From positions 69,736 through 133,735 of the forward strand of contig LCFP01000002.1 of assembly GCA_000999095.1 (NCBI GenBank): DNA of 64,000 bases. The letters are read 5' to 3'. The notes beneath the pieces are model-generated. The model searched no databases and had not been told where the DNA came from. It worked only from the letters and a program-made list of their open reading frames with translations. This document shows positions 26,472 through 36,624 of the stretch, in pieces; position 1 is the stretch's first letter; each line of letters starts with the position of its first letter. The stretch is from Candidatus Gottesmanbacteria bacterium GW2011_GWA2_43_14 (GTDB lineage: Bacteria; Patescibacteriota; Microgenomatia; 2-02-FULL-39-11). Made by a program: the position numbers and the translations under genes.

Positions 26472-27935
26472 ATGTCAATAAAAATTTATATCAGGCATAT
26501 TCCGGTTTTAATCAATAAGCATAAAGTATTCTTTTTAATTTTTTGTCTTACTTCAGTTTTATTCATCGGATTTCTGTATCGGGATCCGCTGTCCGACTGG
26601 GATGAGTGTATCTATGCAGAATATGCCAAAGAAATGAAATTAACCGGTAATTTTTGGACTTATACCTGGAATGGCAACCCGATTCTGGAAAAACCTCCTC
26701 TTTACGGTTGGCTTATGCAAATACCCTATCTTTGGGGGATTAATGAATTCACCTCCAGAATATCATCCGTTATCTTCAGTCTGGGAATCCTGACCTTAAT
26801 TTACTTTTTTGCTTCCAAATATATGTCACGGAAAATCGCTCTGATGGCTGTCCTTATTTATTTAGCAAGTCCGACGAATCTTAATTATGCCGTAAAAGTC
26901 AATACCGATATCGGTTTTACTTTTTGGCTAAATTTATATGCTTTTCTAATAATTTTTTCAGGCCGTAGACTTTTAACTTTATCTGTGGCTGCTTTCTCTC
27001 TGACCCTAGCCACATTGCATAAGGGATTAAGTTCTTTATTCTTCCTGTCTGTCATGCCGGTAATTGATATATACCAGCGTAAAAAACAAGTGTCTTCAAA
27101 TTTTCTACTTCTCTTTGTAATTGTTTTTTCTTTAATTATTCCCTGGCATATATATCAATTTCTGATCTGGAAAAATGGTTTTTCCAATACCTACCTGACA
27201 GAACACCTTTTCATCCGTTTTTTCAATAACATCTTTCTGCATAAAAATTTATTTTATTACCCGGTTGTTTTAGCCCGTGATTTTTTTCCCTGGTGGATGA
27301 TTCTGGTCATTTTCTGTTACCAGTATTTCAGAAAAGAAATAAAGTTATCACAATTTTACGAAAAGTATTTTCCGAATGTTTTTTTAATGACTGCTATTCC
27401 GGGTTTATTTTTTATGGCGGCAAGAACTCAGGTTAAATGGTATTTAATGCCCCTCTATCCCTTAATCTCAATCTTACTGGCGGTTATACTTAACAGGTAT
27501 TTTTTAAAAATGAACTTAAAACTGCAGACGGTCATTAAAATTCTGCTCATCTCCAATGTAATATATTCATTTTTACTGATAATTCAACCGTTTCGTTTCA
27601 AAAAAAATGTTTCTCCAAGCACTGAATCATTCCGTTACATAAACAATCTTCCCCAGAAAAGCTTTAATTATTTGGTTGAATCAAATTACCGCCAAATATA
27701 TAATAAACCCCCGGTCCGTACAATACCGGCACAATTCATTTATGGTGAAAAACCGTGTTCGGTATTTTATAGCGGTAAAAAAGTTAATTTATTCTATCAT
27801 CCGGACGAATTTGCCGCTGCTCTGGAAACTAAGTCCGGACTATATTTATTCAGCAAATCTGACAAGAGTCTGCTTGGTAAAATCACACTGAAGTATATTT
27901 TCCAAAATGAAGACTATGGTTTAATTTTAAGGTGA
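26472..27935 (+). CDS. GT-C fold glycosyltransferase, family 39/83-like (PMT/ArnT-like)
   Basis: Polytopic membrane protein with the first-loop motif DPLSDWDECIYAEYAKEM (DE..YA.. acceptor-loop signature of PMT/ArnT). Confidence 0.6.
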   Translation: MSIKIYIRHIPVLINKHKVFFLIFCLTSVLFIGFLYRDPLSDWDECIYAEYAKEMKLTGNFWTYTWNGNPILEKPPLYGWLMQIPYLWGINEFTSRISSVIFSLGILTLIYFFASKYMSRKIALMAVLIYLASPTNLNYAVKVNTDIGFTFWLNLYAFLIIFSGRRLLTLSVAAFSLTLATLHKGLSSLFFLSVMPVIDIYQRKKQVSSNFLLLFVIVFSLIIPWHIYQFLIWKNGFSNTYLTEHLFIRFFNNIFLHKNLFYYPVVLARDFFPWWMILVIFCYQYFRKEIKLSQFYEKYFPNVFLMTAIPGLFFMAARTQVKWYLMPLYPLISILLAVILNRYFLKMNLKLQTVIKILLISNVIYSFLLIIQPFRFKKNVSPSTESFRYINNLPQKSFNYLVESNYRQIYNKPPVRTIPAQFIYGEKPCSVFYSGKKVNLFYHPDEFAAALETKSGLYLFSKSDKSLLGKITLKYIFQNEDYGLILR

Positions 27936-27957
27936 AGATTGGCGCCTTAATCATTTA

Positions 27958-30603
27958 TCAGGGAGCAGAAGTTACAGTTAATATCTGGCCGACAGTTGGA
28001 GTCGGACTGAGGTAATTCGGGTCGGTATTTATACCGACGGTGATTTCGGCCTCGCCTGTTTTTCCTCCTTCGACATAGACTTTAACTTTTATTTTTCTGA
28101 TTCCGTTATCCATCTGGATGGTTTTGCCGATTGAATTTCCGTCATTTTTTTCCCTGAGATTGCCGTCTACGTAAATTTCCATTCTCTCTATCCGGGCAAC
28201 GGCTCTGCCCTCCGCTTCTATTTCCACGCTGTTTATGTCAATCCTGGCTTTATCAGAAGGCTTTTTAATATTTACCACCACCTGATCCTGGTTTGAAGTT
28301 GATTTTTCTTTGGGATATTTATAGGAAGGATCAGATTGTGTTTCCAGCCATTTATCAATGCCTTCCTGCCAGCGGTTGGGGTCGCTGCCGGCCGGGTCAT
28401 TCTCTTCAAAGACTATAAAATCCTTTTCTTCGTATTGGCCTGTGGCGATCTCGACCAGGTTAGCCAGCTTATTTGAATCATTTTTGGAAATTTTCAATTT
28501 TTGATAGATGGGTGCGCTCTGTGTTGGTTCCGTCCCTTTAATGAAATATTCGCTTCTGGTCGGCCGGCCGTCGCGGGGCAGTCCTCCCCCGTAAGCATCT
28601 ATCACCAGGGAAACGACATTGCCGGGGATTGGGAATGACTGATCTTTATGCTCGGCTGTTATTTCCTTCATTAAGCGGTTCCAAATCGGCGAAGCCCCCG
28701 TTGCTCCGGAAGCCAGACGCGGGTCCATGGGACTGTTATCGTTATTGCCTACCCAGACTCCGGCCACGGCATAGGGTGTATATCCGACTGCCCAGTTGTC
28801 TTTTTTATCGTCGGTCGTACCGGTTTTGACACTGACTGTTTTGCCCGGGATAACGAGGTAGCTTCTTTCCCCGAAGACATCCCGGCGGGCGACATTGTCC
28901 AGAAGGATATGGCTGACCAGAAATGAAACATCCTCGCCCAATACGCGTTTGCCGGACATCTTTTTATGTTCGAATAGTGTTTTATCATTTGTGTCTGAAA
29001 CTTTGAGGATTGAAACAGGCTCATATTTTATGCCTCCTGTGGCAAACACGCCGTAAGCTGAAGTAAGTTCCAGCAGTCTGACTTCACCGCCGCCCAATGT
29101 AATTGACAAACCTAAACGGTTTTCATTGTCCCGGGTCGGCTCAAGAGTGGTCAAACCCATATTATAAGCCGTTTCCAGGATTTCCCGGATGCCTACCAGG
29201 GCTGTCAGTTTCACGGCCGGCACATTGATGGAATTGCCCAGGGCAAAACGTAACTGGACCGGGCCGCGGAACTTGCCGTCGTAATTTTTGGGGATGTAGT
29301 CCGGTTTATCGGTGCCTCCGGGAAATTTGGTCTCGACATCCATGATCAGTGATGCCGGAGTATAGTTTTTACTGAAGGAAACTGCATAAGTAATCGGTTT
29401 GAGAGCGCTGCCCGGCTGTCTTAAACCGAGGCTGACCACATCATATTTGCCCTGGAATTTCTCATCATCGGAATCGTATTGTTTGCTGCCGACATAGGCT
29501 AAAATTTCACCGCTGGCAGGATCAATAACCACAGCCGCGCCGTTGCCGACTTTCAAATTCTTGACCTTCTCCACCTCCTCAAAAACAATATCTTCAGCTT
29601 TTTTCTGCAAATCCAAATCCAGCGTAGTTACTACTTTCAGTCCGCCCTGTTCAACTTTTTTCTCGCCGAATTTGGCTATCAGCTGTTTTTTGACGTATTC
29701 CACGAAATGTGGAGCCCGGAAAGACAGGTCTCCCTGTTTAAACTTATAATCATTTAGCGATTTTTTGTAATCATTTTCCTGCTTGGTGGTAATGTAATTG
29801 TCTTCCCTCATCCTCCGCAGGACTTCTTCGCTTCGTTCCTTATAGGCATCTTTGGAGCCGTTAAAAGGCGAATAGAAACTCGGTCTTTGGGGAAGACCGG
29901 CCAAAATAACCGACTCGAGTAAATCGAGTTCCTTGGTCGTTTTGCCGAAATATCCCTGGGCGGCTGATTCAATACCCCACATGGTGCCGCCGTAGGGCGC
30001 TTCATTTAAATACATCTGTAAAATCTCATCTTTCGAGTATTTACGTTCGATTTCAACAGCCAGGATAAACTCCTTGAATTTTCGCGGCAGTGTTCTTTCC
30101 GAAGTTAAAAGAACATTTTTTACCAATTGTTGCGTCAGGGTTGAACCACCCTGCAAGCCTTTAAGGGTCAGAATATTAATGACAGCGCGCAACATCCCAC
30201 GGGTGGAAAATCCCTGATGCTTGTAAAAATCCTTGTCTTCTATGGCTATGGTGGCTTTTTTCAGGTGGTCGGGAATTTGATCAAATTTAACGGGAATGGT
30301 ATTGCGGTCAGTATAGATGTCATAAACCGTTTTGCCGTTCCGGTCGAGTATGACAGTGGAAAATCCTTCCCGGCGCTGGATTTTTTCCGGGGAAGGCAAA
30401 TCCCGGGAATAAACGGCAAATAGAAGCAGCAAAAAAACTACCGTCCCTCCGACAATATACCAAAGGTAAGCCAGGATAAAATTCAAAAGGCGGACTCTGA
30501 GAAGACGCAGCTTATAACTGAACCGGGATTGCTGCCGCCGTGAAGCTTGCGGCAGTCTGATGCGGCGAAAACGCCTGTTATAAGCATAACTCATCTTGTG
30601 CAC
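27958..30603 (-). CDS. Class A penicillin-binding protein (bifunctional glycosyltransferase/transpeptidase, PBP1A-like) with a C-terminal extension.
   Basis: GT51 motifs (AIEDKDFYKHQG, GGSTLTQQLVKN), transpeptidase SALKP (SxxK), SIN, KTGTT; TM anchor; 881 aa. Confidence 0.85.
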   Translation of the reverse strand: MHKMSYAYNRRFRRIRLPQASRRQQSRFSYKLRLLRVRLLNFILAYLWYIVGGTVVFLLLLFAVYSRDLPSPEKIQRREGFSTVILDRNGKTVYDIYTDRNTIPVKFDQIPDHLKKATIAIEDKDFYKHQGFSTRGMLRAVINILTLKGLQGGSTLTQQLVKNVLLTSERTLPRKFKEFILAVEIERKYSKDEILQMYLNEAPYGGTMWGIESAAQGYFGKTTKELDLLESVILAGLPQRPSFYSPFNGSKDAYKERSEEVLRRMREDNYITTKQENDYKKSLNDYKFKQGDLSFRAPHFVEYVKKQLIAKFGEKKVEQGGLKVVTTLDLDLQKKAEDIVFEEVEKVKNLKVGNGAAVVIDPASGEILAYVGSKQYDSDDEKFQGKYDVVSLGLRQPGSALKPITYAVSFSKNYTPASLIMDVETKFPGGTDKPDYIPKNYDGKFRGPVQLRFALGNSINVPAVKLTALVGIREILETAYNMGLTTLEPTRDNENRLGLSITLGGGEVRLLELTSAYGVFATGGIKYEPVSILKVSDTNDKTLFEHKKMSGKRVLGEDVSFLVSHILLDNVARRDVFGERSYLVIPGKTVSVKTGTTDDKKDNWAVGYTPYAVAGVWVGNNDNSPMDPRLASGATGASPIWNRLMKEITAEHKDQSFPIPGNVVSLVIDAYGGGLPRDGRPTRSEYFIKGTEPTQSAPIYQKLKISKNDSNKLANLVEIATGQYEEKDFIVFEENDPAGSDPNRWQEGIDKWLETQSDPSYKYPKEKSTSNQDQVVVNIKKPSDKARIDINSVEIEAEGRAVARIERMEIYVDGNLREKNDGNSIGKTIQMDNGIRKIKVKVYVEGGKTGEAEITVGINTDPNYLSPTPTVGQILTVTSAP

Positions 30604-30660
30604 ATCGAGTGTAGCAGAAAGTATTTAAGTTTGGCAACTGAAGCTGATATAATTCGGAGT

Positions 30661-31854
30661 ATGGATGCCATCGAAGAAACGCTTAGTAGGGCTGTTGATA
30701 AAATTTATCCCTCCAGGGAAGCTTTGGTAAAGGTTTTACGGTCAGGTAAAAAAATAAAACTTTACCAGGGTTTTGACCCTTCCGGCATCCAATTGCACAT
30801 CGGTCACCTGACAGGTCTTATGAAACTGAGGCAGTTCCAAAAACTGGGTCATCAGGTCATTTTCCTGGTTGGAGACGGCACAGGGCAGGCCGGCGACCCT
30901 TCCGGTAAGTCCAGGACCAGGGATAAATTTTTAAACCGGGAGGAACTTCGGGAAAACGCCCGGGATTATGTCTTGCAGGCATCCAAAATAATAGATTTTG
31001 AAGGAGAGAACAAGGCCGAAATTCTGTATAACGGAGACTGGCTGAACAGGCTCTCATTGCCGGAGCTTCTTGAGATTGCCGGCCATTTTACCCTGCAGCA
31101 GCTGGAAGAAAGGGACATGTATATCGAACGGAAAAACCAGGGCATCCCCATCAATTTCCGGGAGTTTTTATATCCCTTACTGCAGGGTTATGATTCTGTG
31201 GCCATGGAAGTTGACCTGGAAATCGGAGGCACAGACCAGACGTTCAACATGCTTTGCGGCCGTCAGTTGGTCAAAGATTATTTAAAGAAGGAAAAATTCG
31301 TCCTGACAACTCCCTTATTAACCGATGCTTCAGGCAAAAAAATCGGCAAAACGGAAGGCAATGTCATCGCCTTGACCAGTATACCGGAAGACCTTTACGG
31401 ATTAATCATGAATCTACCGGACACAGCCATCATCAACAGTTTTTATTACATCACCGATCTACCACTTAAAGAGGTAAAGCAAATGGAAGACTCTCTTGAT
31501 GCGGGTGACAATCCGATGAAATATAAAAAACAGCTCGCCTTCCGTTTAACCCGCATGCTCAATTCCGAAAAAGAAGCTCTGGCTGCCCAGGCCTACTTTG
31601 AAGCTGTGTTTCAAAAACGGTCGGAATCAGCCGATATACCGGAATTTAAAATTGACCGGGATAATATTCCCCTGACCGAACTCCTGCTTACACTGAATAT
31701 GGTAAAATCAAAAGGTGAGGCCAAACGGTTAATACGGGAAGGGGCGGTGGACGTTGACCGGACAAGAATAAAAGATGAAAAATATTCCGTCGCCGTTACC
31801 GACGGCAGGGTTATAAGGACCGGCAAACACAAATTTGTCAGACTCAGGAAATAA
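30661..31854 (+). CDS. tyrS: Tyrosyl-tRNA synthetase
   Basis: HIGH motif (LHIGHL), KMSKS-like KIGKT, and C-terminal S4 domain (RLIREGAVDVD). Internal ATG at 30661 is preceded by TATAAT (30647-52, 8 nt upstream). The extended track ORF is rejected. Confidence 0.9.
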   Translation: MDAIEETLSRAVDKIYPSREALVKVLRSGKKIKLYQGFDPSGIQLHIGHLTGLMKLRQFQKLGHQVIFLVGDGTGQAGDPSGKSRTRDKFLNREELRENARDYVLQASKIIDFEGENKAEILYNGDWLNRLSLPELLEIAGHFTLQQLEERDMYIERKNQGIPINFREFLYPLLQGYDSVAMEVDLEIGGTDQTFNMLCGRQLVKDYLKKEKFVLTTPLLTDASGKKIGKTEGNVIALTSIPEDLYGLIMNLPDTAIINSFYYITDLPLKEVKQMEDSLDAGDNPMKYKKQLAFRLTRMLNSEKEALAAQAYFEAVFQKRSESADIPEFKIDRDNIPLTELLLTLNMVKSKGEAKRLIREGAVDVDRTRIKDEKYSVAVTDGRVIRTGKHKFVRLRK

Positions 31855-31857
31855 ACT

Positions 31858-31962
31858 ATGAATTTTTTCAGAAAACACAGAAAATTTTGGACTGTCATTA
31901 TCATTATCTCAACCGTAGCCCTGGTAGTCACCTCACTTGCTCCGGTATTGTTCCTGCCTTGA
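31858..31962 (+). CDS. Possible 34-aa hydrophobic small membrane peptide (not in the ORF track).
   Basis: ATG..TGA ORF MNFFRKHRKFWTVIIIISTVALVVTSLAPVLFLP between tyrS and recG. A single predicted TM helix; no homology evidence. Confidence 0.2.
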   Translation: MNFFRKHRKFWTVIIIISTVALVVTSLAPVLFLP

Positions 31963-31971
31963 CCGCTCTTT

Positions 31972-34014
31972 ATGTTCGAACTTAGCTCGAAAGTCGATAC
32001 GCTGGCGATGATCGGTCCGGTTTACCGGAAACTGCTGGAGAAACTGGGGATCAATACAATCGGCGATCTTCTCTACCATGTTCCTTTCCGTTATGAAAAC
32101 TATTCCCTGGTATCCAAAATAAATCAACTGCAACCTGGTGAAACCGTTTCTGTCCACGGCCGGATTACCGATTTTAAAAATATTTATACCCGGACCGGCA
32201 AAAAACTCCAGAAAGCCAAACTTTCGGATGAAACAGGAGAAATCAGCCTTATCTGGTTTAATCAGACATTTTTGTCTTCAATACTAATACCGGGCACTGA
32301 GCTGACGGTAGCCGGAGAGGTTAAATTTTATGAGAGGAGATTGGCTTTTATTGTGCCGCAGTATGAAATCTATACCAACAACAGCCTCCATATTCACACA
32401 GCCGGTCTAATTCCCGTTTACCCGGAAACAAAAGGCCTGACTTCCAAATGGTTAAGAGCCAAAATCGCCGTAATCCTGAAGAGGCTGAATCCGGAAATAA
32501 GGGAATTTTTGCCCCCCACACTTCTCGAGGCATATAATTTGCCGGTCCTGAAAGAGGCACTCGGCAATATCCACTTTCCCAAAGATTATAAACAGGCAGA
32601 ATCCGCCCGCCGGAGAATGGCTTTTGAAGAACTCTTAATCATCCAGTTGGCCGCCGCCTTCAGAAAAAAAGCCCTGGACAGGCAAAGTAACGCTAAAATG
32701 ATCACTGTTGATGAAAAGTCTCTGGCTGCCTTTATAAAGTCTTTGCCGTTTCAACTGACACGGGCTCAGGAAAGAGCCCTCTCGGAAATTCTTGGGGACA
32801 TTAAAAGAGATAAGCCCATGCTCCGACTGTTGTCCGGCGATGTCGGCAGCGGCAAAACCATCGTGGCTGTTTTAGCCGTTTTTGCCACCTGTCTGGCCGG
32901 CTATAAATCAATACTTCTGGCCCCTACGGAAATTCTGGCAAGCCAGCACTACCGGACAATTTCCAAACTGCTTGATCCCTGGGGAATCAAAATAGCTTAT
33001 ATCACTTCCCGGGAAAAAACAGCACGTCCCGAGGACTATCCTGTCACAGTGGGTACCCATGCACTTTTATATAATTATTCTCCCGGAAACGACCTGGGTC
33101 TTTTGATTATTGATGAACAGCATCGCTTCGGTGTGGAGCAAAGGGCAGTATTGAGCCTGAAAAATAAACAGCCTCATGTACTGTCCATGACCGCCACTCC
33201 CATCCCCAGAACTATCGGTATGACTCTTTTTGCCGATCTGGATTTGTCCCTGATCGATGAAATGCCCCGCAACCGGCTGGCGGTGAAAACCTATATCGTA
33301 AAGACTGAAAAAAGAGAAGCGGCGTACGGCTGGATTAAAGAGAAAATTCTGAAGAGCAGGCATAACAGTCCGGAACAGGTTTTTATCATCTGCCCGTTTA
33401 TTGAAGCCTCAGAAACACTGGCCACTGTTAAAAGCGCCAATGAAGAATATGACCGCCTTGGAAAAGATGTTTTACCCGGTCTCAACCTGGGCCTTTTGCA
33501 CGGACGGCTGAAACCTGCGGAAAAATCAGCTGTTTTGGCTAAATTTCAAAATAAGGAAATTGACATTTTGGTGGCTACTCCGATCGTCGAAGTCGGCATT
33601 GATTTTCCTTCGGCTACCGTGATTTTAATTGAAGCTGCCGACCGATTCGGCCTGGCACAGCTCCATCAGCTTCGGGGCCGTGTCGGCCGGGGCAATCTTC
33701 AATCATACTGCCTGCTGTTTACCGAAAGCCGTGAAGCAAAAGTTTTGGACCGTCTCAATACACTGACCAGATTCAGGCAGGGACATGAATTGGCTGAATA
33801 TGATTTAAAAATGCGGGGTCCCGGGGAATTTTTCGGCACCCGCCAGCATGGCGGACTGGGACTAAAATTTGCCGATTTTTCCGATCTTTCTTTAATCAAA
33901 AAAACCCGCTCTGAAGCGGTAAAGCTGCTTAAACAAGATCCCGAATTAAAGTCGTCCAGCCTCTTGCGTGATAAAGTTCTAGCATATACAATTATAAAAG
34001 ATACGATTGATTGA
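31972..34014 (+). CDS. recG: ATP-dependent DNA helicase RecG
   Basis: Wedge/N-terminal motif (GDLLYHVPFRYENY), Walker A (GDVGSGKT), DEQH box (DEQHRFGV), and helicase C motifs (QLRGRVGRG). Confidence 0.9.
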   Translation: MFELSSKVDTLAMIGPVYRKLLEKLGINTIGDLLYHVPFRYENYSLVSKINQLQPGETVSVHGRITDFKNIYTRTGKKLQKAKLSDETGEISLIWFNQTFLSSILIPGTELTVAGEVKFYERRLAFIVPQYEIYTNNSLHIHTAGLIPVYPETKGLTSKWLRAKIAVILKRLNPEIREFLPPTLLEAYNLPVLKEALGNIHFPKDYKQAESARRRMAFEELLIIQLAAAFRKKALDRQSNAKMITVDEKSLAAFIKSLPFQLTRAQERALSEILGDIKRDKPMLRLLSGDVGSGKTIVAVLAVFATCLAGYKSILLAPTEILASQHYRTISKLLDPWGIKIAYITSREKTARPEDYPVTVGTHALLYNYSPGNDLGLLIIDEQHRFGVEQRAVLSLKNKQPHVLSMTATPIPRTIGMTLFADLDLSLIDEMPRNRLAVKTYIVKTEKREAAYGWIKEKILKSRHNSPEQVFIICPFIEASETLATVKSANEEYDRLGKDVLPGLNLGLLHGRLKPAEKSAVLAKFQNKEIDILVATPIVEVGIDFPSATVILIEAADRFGLAQLHQLRGRVGRGNLQSYCLLFTESREAKVLDRLNTLTRFRQGHELAEYDLKMRGPGEFFGTRQHGGLGLKFADFSDLSLIKKTRSEAVKLLKQDPELKSSSLLRDKVLAYTIIKDTID

Positions 34015-34017
34015 ACT

Positions 34018-34176
34018 ATGACACCGTTACCTAAAAGAAGACATTCATCCAGGCGTCAGGGAAAAAGGGAAAAAGCCAACCTGAAATCACGGCTTTTGCT
34101 TACTATTAAATGTCCCAAGTGCGGTCAGGCACGGCTTCCGCATCGCGCATGTCCCAAGTGCGGTTTTTATAAATGA
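34018..34176 (+). CDS. rpmF: 50S ribosomal protein L32 (not in the ORF track)
   Basis: 52-aa [22 protein letters not shown]...[21 protein letters not shown] with the L32 C4 zinc-ribbon pattern. Confidence 0.8.
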   Translation: MTPLPKRRHSSRRQGKREKANLKSRLLLTIKCPKCGQARLPHRACPKCGFYK

Positions 34177-34541
34177 AGAAAACGGACGACCCCAGGCACC
34201 GTAAACGGATTTCAATCATGCAGTCACTTTTCTCAAACAGTTTTGATGAACATACAGTTCCTGCTTCAGATTTGCCGGAATTGATATCAATCAGACAAAA
34301 TCTGAAAGCTATAGATTTACTCATTGAAGAGGCAGCCCCGCAATTTCCAATAGCCAAAATCGCCAGACTCGACGCTGCCATCCTGCGGTTGGCAGTTTAT
34401 GAAATGAAAGTGGTAAAACAAGTACCGCCAAAAGTCATCATTGATGAGGCAATTGAATTGGCCAAAGAATTCGGCTCTGATACCAGCCCGGGTTTTATTA
34501 ACGGTGCTCTGGGTACCATCTATAAAAAAATCTATGGATAA
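34173..34541 (+). CDS. nusB: Transcription antitermination factor NusB
   Basis: [41 protein letters not shown] matches NusB helices. ATGA-coupled to rpmF. Confidence 0.75.
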   Translation: MKKTDDPRHRKRISIMQSLFSNSFDEHTVPASDLPELISIRQNLKAIDLLIEEAAPQFPIAKIARLDAAILRLAVYEMKVVKQVPPKVIIDEAIELAKEFGSDTSPGFINGALGTIYKKIYG

Positions 34542-34773
34542 TTATAAAGCCGTTAAAAAAATACTCAGCGATAAATTCGGTGTCTCTGATGAAAATATTA
34601 CTCCTGAGGCTGACTTAACAGGCGATCTCAACCTGGCCAACCTTGAAATTAACGATCTGATGGCGCTAATCGCCAGGGAATTTAAATTGACTTTCAGCGA
34701 TACTGACACCATTTCCCCTCAAACAGTCAATGATCTTCTGGATATAATCGAAGAATTCGGAGAAGGAATTTAA
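34534..34773 (+). CDS. Acyl-carrier-protein-like four-helix protein lacking the phosphopantetheine-attachment serine (DSL replaced by ANL).
   Basis: [50 protein letters not shown] aligns to ACP (…[20 protein letters not shown]) with Ser replaced by Asn. Sits in the acpP position upstream of rnc, as in Bacillus. Confidence 0.5.
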   Translation: MDNYKAVKKILSDKFGVSDENITPEADLTGDLNLANLEINDLMALIAREFKLTFSDTDTISPQTVNDLLDIIEEFGEGI

Positions 34774-35477
34774 TGCAGGTATATCAAAAACTATCCGAGG
34801 TTATCGGCCTTCAATTCAAAGATCTCAGCTTAATCAACCTGGCCTTTATCCACCGCTCATATCTTAACGAAGCCAAGGATAAAATTCCGTCCAACGAACG
34901 ACTTGAATTTTTAGGTGACAGCATTTTATCGTTTTTAACTTCTGAATATCTGTACCGCAATTATCCGAAACTGCCCGAAGGAGATTTGACTAACCTCAGG
35001 TCAAGCGTCGTTAAAACATCGACTTTAGCCAAGTTGGCAAAACAGCTTGATTTGGGTCTGTATCTGAAATTATCCCATGGCGAGGAAGAAGGCGGCGGCA
35101 GGCAAAATACTTCGATCCTCGCTGATACGTTTGAGGCATTTTTAGGTGCAGTCTACCTGGACGGCGGACTGGAACCTGTAATTACCATTTTGGAAAAATC
35201 CCTTTTTCCCCTGATTCCGGTCATTTATAAAGACAAGTCGTATAAAGATGCCAAGAGTTCCTTTCAGGAATTGGTACAGGAACAGATTAAAATGTCTCCG
35301 GTTTACAGGGTCCTGGAAGAGAAAGGTCCCGATCACGCCAAAGAGTTTACCGTGGGGGTTTTTGTCGGTGAGACTAAATGGGGGAGCGGATTGGGTAAAA
35401 ACAAACAGGAGGCGGAACAAAAAGCAGCCACCGATGCTCTTGTGAAGTGGAAGAAAAAACCGTATAATACAGGCTAA
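34773..35477 (+). CDS. rnc: Ribonuclease III
   Basis: Catalytic signature ERLEFLGDSIL and a C-terminal dsRBD (AKEFTVGVFVG...GSGLGKNKQEAEQKAA). Confidence 0.9.
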   Translation: MQVYQKLSEVIGLQFKDLSLINLAFIHRSYLNEAKDKIPSNERLEFLGDSILSFLTSEYLYRNYPKLPEGDLTNLRSSVVKTSTLAKLAKQLDLGLYLKLSHGEEEGGGRQNTSILADTFEAFLGAVYLDGGLEPVITILEKSLFPLIPVIYKDKSYKDAKSSFQELVQEQIKMSPVYRVLEEKGPDHAKEFTVGVFVGETKWGSGLGKNKQEAEQKAATDALVKWKKKPYNTG

Positions 35478-35488
35478 AGATAAAATTT

Positions 35489-35719
35489 ATGTCAGCAAAA
35501 ATTAAACTGCATCGTCTGGGTAGAAAAAAAAGGGAATTTTTCCGTATCGTAGTTGCTGATGAAGCAACTGCTGTAGGCGGTAAAGTTGTGGCTAACTTGG
35601 GCTATTATGACCCTCTGACTAAACCTCCGAAAATCGAAATCAACAAAGAAGAATTGAAAAAATGGCTCTCCCACGGTGTTCAACCGACAGATGCCGTCAG
35701 AAAACTTCTTAAAATATGA
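35489..35719 (+). CDS. rpsP: 30S ribosomal protein S16
   Basis: MSAKIKLHRLGRKKREFFRIVVAD... is the canonical S16 sequence. Confidence 0.9.
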   Translation: MSAKIKLHRLGRKKREFFRIVVADEATAVGGKVVANLGYYDPLTKPPKIEINKEELKKWLSHGVQPTDAVRKLLKI

Positions 35720-35946
35720 AAGATTTTCTGCATTATCTCTTAAATCAGATAGTGAACCACCCTGAAGACCTCGAGATCGAGGAAGAGCAAATCAATGAAT
35801 TGAGTTTCCAGTATACTTTAAAAGCAGAAGCTTCGGACGTCGGCAAAATTATCGGCCGTGACGGTAAAATCATTCAGGCAATCAGAAATGCGGCAAAAAT
35901 ATTGGCTGTTAAAGAAGGCATTCACGTCCGCATCCAAATAGCTTAA
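35716..35946 (+). CDS. KH-domain RNA-binding protein (YlqC-like)
   Basis: GKIIGRDGKIIQAIRNAAKI (KH GXXG loop); conserved position between rpsP and trmD. Confidence 0.7.
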   Translation: MKDFLHYLLNQIVNHPEDLEIEEEQINELSFQYTLKAEASDVGKIIGRDGKIIQAIRNAAKILAVKEGIHVRIQIA

Positions 35947-35948
35947 AC

Positions 35949-36605
35949 GTGCTGATTACCATCTTAACCCTTTTTCCCGAAATTCTAAAACCGTATTTAT
36001 CCTCCTCAATTATCGGCAAAGCGCAAAAAAAAGAACAGGTTGCAGTTAAACTTGTCAATATCAGAGATTATGCAAAAGACAGCCATAAAACAGTTGATAA
36101 CCGTCCTTACGGCGGGGGAGCAGGGATGCTTTTGCGGGTAGATATCGTCCATAAAGCCATCATAGATAACAGGTTGAGCCAGTCTGGCGGTAAAGCGTCC
36201 CCGAATGAAAAGATCATCTTGACCGATCCGGCCGGGAAAATTTATAACCAGGCTAAAGCTAGGCGTTTCAGCCGGCTGGACCACCTGATGATTGTGGCCG
36301 GACACTATGAAGGCATAGATGAACGCATAAAGAGCTTTACTGATGAAACCGTCTCAATCGGCCGTTTCATACTGACAGGGGGAGAATTGCCCTCTTTGGC
36401 CATTGCCGACAGCGTAATCCGATTGATACCGGGAGTACTGAAAAAAGCGGAAGCAGTCAGGGATGAATCCTATTCAAAAAAAGGTTTGACAGAATCACCC
36501 CAGTTTACCCGGCCTCGTGAATATCTGGGATTAAAAGTCCCTGAAGTCTTAACCCGAGGCAACCACTCGGAATTAGACGACTGGAAAAAAAGCCACCGTA
36601 AATAA
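35949..36605 (+). CDS. trmD: tRNA (guanine37-N1)-methyltransferase
   Basis: ILTLFPEI, YGGGAGMLLRVD, MIVAGHYEGIDERI motifs; GTG start. Confidence 0.9.
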   Translation: MLITILTLFPEILKPYLSSSIIGKAQKKEQVAVKLVNIRDYAKDSHKTVDNRPYGGGAGMLLRVDIVHKAIIDNRLSQSGGKASPNEKIILTDPAGKIYNQAKARRFSRLDHLMIVAGHYEGIDERIKSFTDETVSIGRFILTGGELPSLAIADSVIRLIPGVLKKAEAVRDESYSKKGLTESPQFTRPREYLGLKVPEVLTRGNHSELDDWKKSHRK

Positions 36606-36624
36606 AGAAATATTAAACACTATT

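Noticed and set aside
30547-30660. Extended N-terminus of tyrS (track start 30547).
   Set aside because: It overlaps the divergent PBP start region. The ATG at 30661 is preceded by a -10 box and gives a normal TyrRS N-terminus.
34106-34381. 91-aa minus-strand ORF
   Set aside because: It is antisense to the clearly conserved rpmF (L32) and nusB genes.
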